In this document: positions 59,565 to 64,000 of the stretch, one piece after another | Layout: the number at the start of each line of letters is the position of its first letter | Position numbering within the stretch: the first letter of the stretch is position 1 | Origin: an uncultured Candidatus Binatia bacterium | Lineage (GTDB): Bacteria; Desulfobacterota; Binatia; UBA9968; CAXXLF01 | Assembly: GCA_965218425.1 (NCBI GenBank) | Contig: OZ244621.1 | Location: 2,279,369 to 2,343,368 of the forward strand | Direction: 5' to 3' | DNA length: 64,000 nucleotides | The notes under the pieces: model-generated | What the model saw: only the letters and a program-made list of their open reading frames with translations | What the model was told of the DNA's origin: nothing | Databases searched by the model: none | Program-made: the position numbers and the translations under genes

Positions 59565-60524
59565 ATGGTGAAGAATTCACACGTCAAGATGGTTTTGCCA
59601 CCTGCCCCCTGGACGAAGGCCCTCGAGGAAGGCTCCGTGAAAGTGCCCGGGCTATCGTGGGAAGCCATGACCGAAATCTCTGGCGCCCCTGAACGTTTTG
59701 TGGCGACCCATGCAGAGGATATAGACGTAGGGGAGAATGGTCTGCGGCGATACATCATTGACCTGCTAAAGGGTGCTCCCCGCCTGGCGATTCCAGCTTT
59801 CTTTGGCCGTGAACACATGCAGCGTAACCTCCTTGTGAGTGCAGATTCGGGTTTCACCCACCCGCGAGACCTGGCGGGTAAAAAAATCGGCTCGCGCCTG
59901 ACCGTTTCCTCCGGTACAGGCGCCGCAGTGCTCATGATGCTGGAACAGGGGTACAATCTACCCCTCGGCGATATGATTTTCTGCATGGGGGATCCGGACA
60001 ATCTCAAAAACAACCGAATGGGTCTTCAGGTCAAACAGGGACCCGCCACCGACAAGGAGGGTTTCCAGCTTCTGATCAAAGGGGAGCTGGACGCGCTCAT
60101 TCTCACCAGTGGTCCGCGCTATTTTTCCATGTTCGGTCACGACCGGCTCGACGAGGCGGTGGCCGCCCATCCCGGGGTACGGGTACTGATTAACGACCCA
60201 TCCATGATTGCGGAGACCTATCGTAGGTCAGGGCTATACCCCATATCGGACCTAGTGGTTCTGGGCCAAAAGGCCGTTGCCACCGACCCCGAAGTGCCGG
60301 CGAAGGTACTTACGGCCCTTTCCGAAGCGAATAAACGGTCGTCCAACTATCGCAATGAAGCGGAAGAAAAATTGGCCCGGGACGAGATAGCGCTCCTTGG
60401 TACCGACCCCCATGAATACAAGCTCGGGACGGAGCAACGAAAAAATATCGCGGCCTATACGGACTTCTTCTATCGGATGGGCGCTATTGAAAAGTACGTG
60501 GAACCGGAGGATCTCTTTATATAA
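59565..60524 (+). CDS. PBP2-fold (NMT1/THI5/SsuA-like) domain protein, no signal peptide
   Basis: 319 aa; weak resemblance to NMT1/PhnD-like binding-fold proteins; cytoplasmic. Confidence 0.3.
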   Translation: MVKNSHVKMVLPPAPWTKALEEGSVKVPGLSWEAMTEISGAPERFVATHAEDIDVGENGLRRYIIDLLKGAPRLAIPAFFGREHMQRNLLVSADSGFTHPRDLAGKKIGSRLTVSSGTGAAVLMMLEQGYNLPLGDMIFCMGDPDNLKNNRMGLQVKQGPATDKEGFQLLIKGELDALILTSGPRYFSMFGHDRLDEAVAAHPGVRVLINDPSMIAETYRRSGLYPISDLVVLGQKAVATDPEVPAKVLTALSEANKRSSNYRNEAEEKLARDEIALLGTDPHEYKLGTEQRKNIAAYTDFFYRMGAIEKYVEPEDLFI

Positions 60525-60565
60525 CGCTGCCGGTGGAAATCTTTATGGTTGGTAACCGTACTCTA

Positions 60566-61032
60566 TCAACCGTTTGAGCATTCGTTCCTGAATCTCCACG
60601 GGCCAGGCCGCATCAAAAGAGGATTTCGCCGGGATCTGCTCCTTGCTCCAATGCTTTGGCCAGGTACAGTCGAAAAGGGCCCTGGCACCCCGAGCGTTTT
60701 TCTCTCTTCCGAGCTCAAAAACGGGATCAAGGATCCTCTCACCGTGGGTGAGAACTTGTGAATATTGCGTTCAGGGTGACAGCGAGTGCTGAAGGCCCAA
60801 AGGACCTCTCCCATGTTGGTCACATCAATGTCTTCGTCAAAAATAAATAGGTGATAGGGCAGGGGGCGTACGGCCTGGGAGCTCCAGACGGCCGATGCCG
60901 TGGGGTCCGTGCATAATAGGGGTAAAGCATTTTCGTAGAAACAAACAGGAGATTGGTGGCGCCTTCAGGAGGCGAATAGAGTCCGGTGACGGGGAAACCC
61001 CGATCCCTGAGATCTTCTAGTAGAGCGCCCAT
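60566..61032 (-). pseudogene. C-terminal remnant of a UbiD-family decarboxylase (frameshifted, N-terminal ~300 codons absent)
   Basis: Frame A: ...GFPVTGLYSPPEGATNLLFVSTKMLYPYYAR.... Frame B: ...AVWSSQAVRPLPYHLFIFDEDIDVTNMGEVLWAFSTRCHPERN.... Together these align to the UbiD C-terminal region. Confidence 0.5.
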
Positions 61033-61164
61033 TGTTTACGTATAAATGGTTGACTTATCAAGCATTTATCAGCAATATCAACATAATCAGTCGATCAGCG
61101 TTGAAACGATGATCAAGGGACGAGAATGAGCCGCGAAATGTGATGGTAAGGGAAGAGAGGCGCT

Positions 61165-62250
61165 TCAGTCTCGAATATCTTGGGTAAACCAATTCGTTGG
61201 GACTTCCAGGCCAAGGCCAAGTTCCCTTGCCCTGCGGACCACGTACTCGGCCACGGATGCGAACTGGAGACCCTGAGTGCCGTCATTAACGAAAAAGGTT
61301 TTTTGTCCGTTGTCAGTCCGTCCTTGTATCCTTCCAGACATTATTTCGGTCAAGGTGGGATAGCTCTTTTCGAAGAGATCCACAGCGGGTTGGCGAATTC
61401 TTCCCATCTCCGACTCGCTTCCGGCTACGTAGGCGGCATAGCCGGCGATGCGCTGCATCCCTTCATCGAGGCTTAGGATCGTCCCGCGCCCGAGTTTGAT
61501 TACCAGGTGACAGTGATCAACGATTTCCGGAGACCACTCGTTTGGTCTGACGCAGGTGAGGTGGACTCCGGGCGCGATCCAGCCTGGCTCCCGCACCACC
61601 ACCTCAATGGAATCGGTGCAGGTGGCTACGATGTCCGACCCCTTTACGACCTTTTGTATGTCCTGTTCGGGGACCACGTCCAACTTGAGTTGAGCGCTCA
61701 TTTCCCTCGCAAAAGTTTCGCGGTGCTCCCTGGTCGGGCTGTAAACCTTGACCCTGCTCAAATCTCGTACTTCGTGAAAAGCTTCGAGATAGCTGCGTGC
61801 CATGCCGCCGGACCCAAGCATGCCCACCACGGATGCGTCGGCTCTTGCCAGGTACCTGGCGCCCAATCCGGCACAGGCCCCCACCCTCATGTGCTGTATG
61901 ATACCGTCGTTGACCATGGCCAGCGGCTCCGCGTTACGGGTGGAAAAAACCAGGATCAATCCACAATAGGTCCCCGGTTCGATGCAGTACTTCTCAACTG
62001 TCTTTCCATCCGGCCAATGAAGCATGTCGGACTTCATGCGAATGGCAAAAGTCTCATGGGTACGGGAGACTCCCTCCATGGTACCCCAGCGAAACATTAA
62101 CTCCGGGTCATCGTTTGGAGCGAAGATATCGATCCTCGGTCTGTAACGCGCTCGATCCTGGCTGAGATCCTTGTAGCCGACCTCCAGGGCTTCCAGACAT
62201 CCCTTCATGTTGAGGATCTTTTCCACAGTCTGGTTATTTATGATTAGCAT
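61165..62250 (-). CDS. ornithine cyclodeaminase / mu-crystallin family protein
   Basis: 361 aa; Rossmann GSGGMARS motif and OCD-family pattern. Confidence 0.75.
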   Translation of the reverse strand: MLIINNQTVEKILNMKGCLEALEVGYKDLSQDRARYRPRIDIFAPNDDPELMFRWGTMEGVSRTHETFAIRMKSDMLHWPDGKTVEKYCIEPGTYCGLILVFSTRNAEPLAMVNDGIIQHMRVGACAGLGARYLARADASVVGMLGSGGMARSYLEAFHEVRDLSRVKVYSPTREHRETFAREMSAQLKLDVVPEQDIQKVVKGSDIVATCTDSIEVVVREPGWIAPGVHLTCVRPNEWSPEIVDHCHLVIKLGRGTILSLDEGMQRIAGYAAYVAGSESEMGRIRQPAVDLFEKSYPTLTEIMSGRIQGRTDNGQKTFFVNDGTQGLQFASVAEYVVRRARELGLGLEVPTNWFTQDIRD

Positions 62251-62383
62251 GGCTCATCCCTATCATATTTCGAAAGCCCAGCCAAAGTTTGAAGAACTAT
62301 TAACCGTAGATATTCGCAGACTGGGAAACGGCAAGATGCATAGTGCAAAACGCAGGAAGTGGATTGCTGAATCGGGATGAAGA

Positions 62384-62445
62384 TGTCTCGCGCAAAGCGA
62401 AACCAGTGGGCAGTTCGCAGTGAGCGGTATGCGGTAGTCAAGGTT
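62384..62445 (-). repeat. 58-bp GC-rich intergenic repeat, copy B (inverted; between ocd and MFS transporter)
   Basis: Reverse complement CCGCATACCGCTCACTGCGAACTGCCCACTGGTTTCGCTTTGCGCGAGACATC. Confidence 0.8.
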
Positions 62446-62593
62446 GAATTCAAGAAAGGCAAGGTGGAGGGACTGATTTCTTGCTGCTTGCTGCCTCCCG
62501 CTCGCTGTTCTCGCTTTGCGAACTTACCCCCCTATTGAACCGGTTCCTTTTGTCGTATAGTCTTTCATCCAAAACGAATGCCCCTAGCCGGCA

Positions 62594-63973
62594 TTGGACT
62601 CCAAAAAATTTATTGAACTCAGCAACACCAACCATCCGATGCTGAAGCGAATCGTTGACGTAAAAAACGGCGAATCCCGTGCCCTGTGGTGGTCTTTTGC
62701 ATACTTCTTTTTTTTGTTGTGCAGCTACTACATTTTACGCCCGGTGCGAGATGAAATGGGCATCCAGGGCGGAGTGAGAAGTCTCAAGTGGGTGTTCACG
62801 GGTACCTTTGTGGCCATGCTATTCGCCGTTCCGATCTTTGGTGCAGTGGCCGCACGGTTCCCCCGGCAAAAACTCCTGCCGATTGTTTATTATTTTTTCA
62901 TTATCGACATCCTGATTTTCTATGTCTTGTTGGAAAGCGGCATCGCAACCCCTTATGTGGCGCGGGCCTTCTTTATCTGGGTCAGCGTCTTCAACCTCTT
63001 TGTGATCTCTGTCTTCTGGAGTTTTATGGCAGACTTGTTCACCAACGAACAGGCACGGCGACTTTTTGGCTTTATTGCTGCCGGTGGGAGCGCGGGGGCC
63101 ATCATAGGTCCATCGGTGACGGCGGTGCTCGCCAGGCCCCTTGGAACGTTTAACCTGTTATTGATTTCTGCCGTGATTCTGGGTTTGGCGGTTGTATGTA
63201 TCCGGCAATTGGGAAACTGGGCCGCACAGTCCGAAGGCATTGTCACTTCGAATGAAAATGAGATTTCGGAAGAAGTAACGGCGACGGACGCCCAATATGC
63301 GAAGGCGCCTGTTGGAGGGGGTGTCTTCACCGGGATAAAGGCGGTTTTCCAGTCACCCTATCTACTGGGAATCGGCCTTTATATCTGGCTATACACGACG
63401 CTGTCTACCTTTTTGTATTTTGAGCAGGCCCATATCGTGAAGGAGGCTTTTGCCGACTCAGAAAGCAGAACTGCACTATTCGCTTACATGGACCTTGCGG
63501 TGAATTCCCTCACGGTGGTTGGACAGGTGCTCGTCACGGCGAAAATCGTTGGCCGTTTTGGTCTGCCAATTACCCTGGCACTTTTACCTGGCCTGGCGGT
63601 ATTGGGCTTTTTCGTGTTGGGATTATTCCCTTCTCTCGCCGTGCTCATCGGTTTTCAAATCGTGCGCAGGGCCGGTAACTATGGCATCGCATGGCCGGCC
63701 CGGGAGATGCTCTACACGGTGATAAGCCGTGAGGAGAAGTACAAGGCAAAAAATTTCATCGACACGGTGCTTTACCGTGGGGGCGACGCGGTGAGCGGAT
63801 GGGTTTTTGCAGCTCTGCAAGGCGCAGGACTCGGGCTCTCGGCGATCTCTTTTGTGGCCGCTCCCATTGCCGCTGTTTGGTTGGTCACGGGCTGGGGATT
63901 GGGAAAGAAACAGGAGACCCTACGAACACCACCAACCAACGAAGCAATACCGGAACACGTTTTACAGACCTGA
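62594..63973 (+). CDS. MFS-type transporter (TLC / nucleotide-transporter-like)
   Basis: 459 aa, ~12 TM segments; N-terminal …LCSYYILRPVRDEMG… motif. Confidence 0.55.
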   Translation: MDSKKFIELSNTNHPMLKRIVDVKNGESRALWWSFAYFFFLLCSYYILRPVRDEMGIQGGVRSLKWVFTGTFVAMLFAVPIFGAVAARFPRQKLLPIVYYFFIIDILIFYVLLESGIATPYVARAFFIWVSVFNLFVISVFWSFMADLFTNEQARRLFGFIAAGGSAGAIIGPSVTAVLARPLGTFNLLLISAVILGLAVVCIRQLGNWAAQSEGIVTSNENEISEEVTATDAQYAKAPVGGGVFTGIKAVFQSPYLLGIGLYIWLYTTLSTFLYFEQAHIVKEAFADSESRTALFAYMDLAVNSLTVVGQVLVTAKIVGRFGLPITLALLPGLAVLGFFVLGLFPSLAVLIGFQIVRRAGNYGIAWPAREMLYTVISREEKYKAKNFIDTVLYRGGDAVSGWVFAALQGAGLGLSAISFVAAPIAAVWLVTGWGLGKKQETLRTPPTNEAIPEHVLQT

Positions 63974-64000
63974 ATGTAGTTATAGTATTTGGCATGGAGG

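Noticed and set aside
1-64000. CRISPR arrays, rRNA and tRNA genes
   Set aside because: No regularly spaced direct repeats with unique spacers, no rRNA-like conserved blocks, and no convincing cloverleaf candidates were found by eye. The short GC-rich repeats found are irregularly spaced and dispersed, not arrayed.

Overview
This is a high-GC bacterial chromosomal segment, probably from an anaerobe with an active selenocysteine system (inference from gene content). The main contents are listed below.

1. Selenoprotein neighbourhood (positions 1–6.3 kb).
- A Phd/Doc toxin–antitoxin pair sits at the 5' edge.
- A pyridine-nucleotide-disulfide oxidoreductase has an in-frame TGA exactly at the second active-site Cys (CVNTG-U).
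- A DUF3179 gene has an in-frame TGA in a W-U-PLC context.
- An ECF sigma factor and its anti-sigma factor lie on either side of the Sec oxidoreductase.
- An arsenosugar radical-SAM ArsS homologue is present in its Cys form.

2. Glycine-reductase-like operon on the minus strand (7.0–11.9 kb), in the order grdC-like, grdA, grdE, grdB.
- grdA carries the CFV-U motif.
- grdB carries T-S-T-U-G, but the downstream motif is UxxSxxS rather than UxxCxxC.
- Both have unambiguous Sec TGA codons and hairpins downstream.
- No grdD or thioredoxin gene is adjacent.

3. Housekeeping block (12–17.5 kb): a DUF255 thioredoxin-like protein, a GFA-family protein, a BNR-repeat protein, a MoaD-like β-grasp protein and a UbiD-family decarboxylase.

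4. Decaying type I restriction-modification and defence island (17.6–30.8 kb).
- hsdR appears intact.
- A DUF433/DUF5615 pair has a nonsense mutation in the DUF5615 gene.
- There is a half-size hsdS and a truncated DarG macrodomain fragment.
- A full-size hsdS is split by an IS3-family insertion with a 4-bp target-site duplication (ACAG).
- An IetAS-like pair (AAA ATPase plus S8 subtilase) lies between hsdS and hsdM; the protease catalytic residues are split across two frames.
- hsdM has a TGA at a conserved Trp codon.

5. Degraded mobile patch (36–38.9 kb): a P4-type integrase remnant, a type III Res fragment, an IS110 transposase fragment and an oxidoreductase C-terminal remnant.

6. Remaining genes (39–64 kb).
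- Transporters: a peptide/nickel ABC transporter (two permeases and a substrate-binding protein; a second substrate-binding protein lies at 34.4 kb), TRAP and TctC substrate-binding proteins, a bile-acid:sodium symporter and an MFS/TLC-like transporter.
- Enzymes: an amidohydrolase, a xanthine-dehydrogenase-family molybdopterin subunit, a frameshifted crotonase, VOC, NIPSNAP, SYLF and RadC proteins, MoaC, TrxB, an M28 peptidase, HisF, an ornithine cyclodeaminase and a UbiD C-terminal remnant.

7. Repeats: two families of short GC-rich intergenic repeats recur across the window.

No CRISPR array, rRNA gene or convincing tRNA gene was seen.
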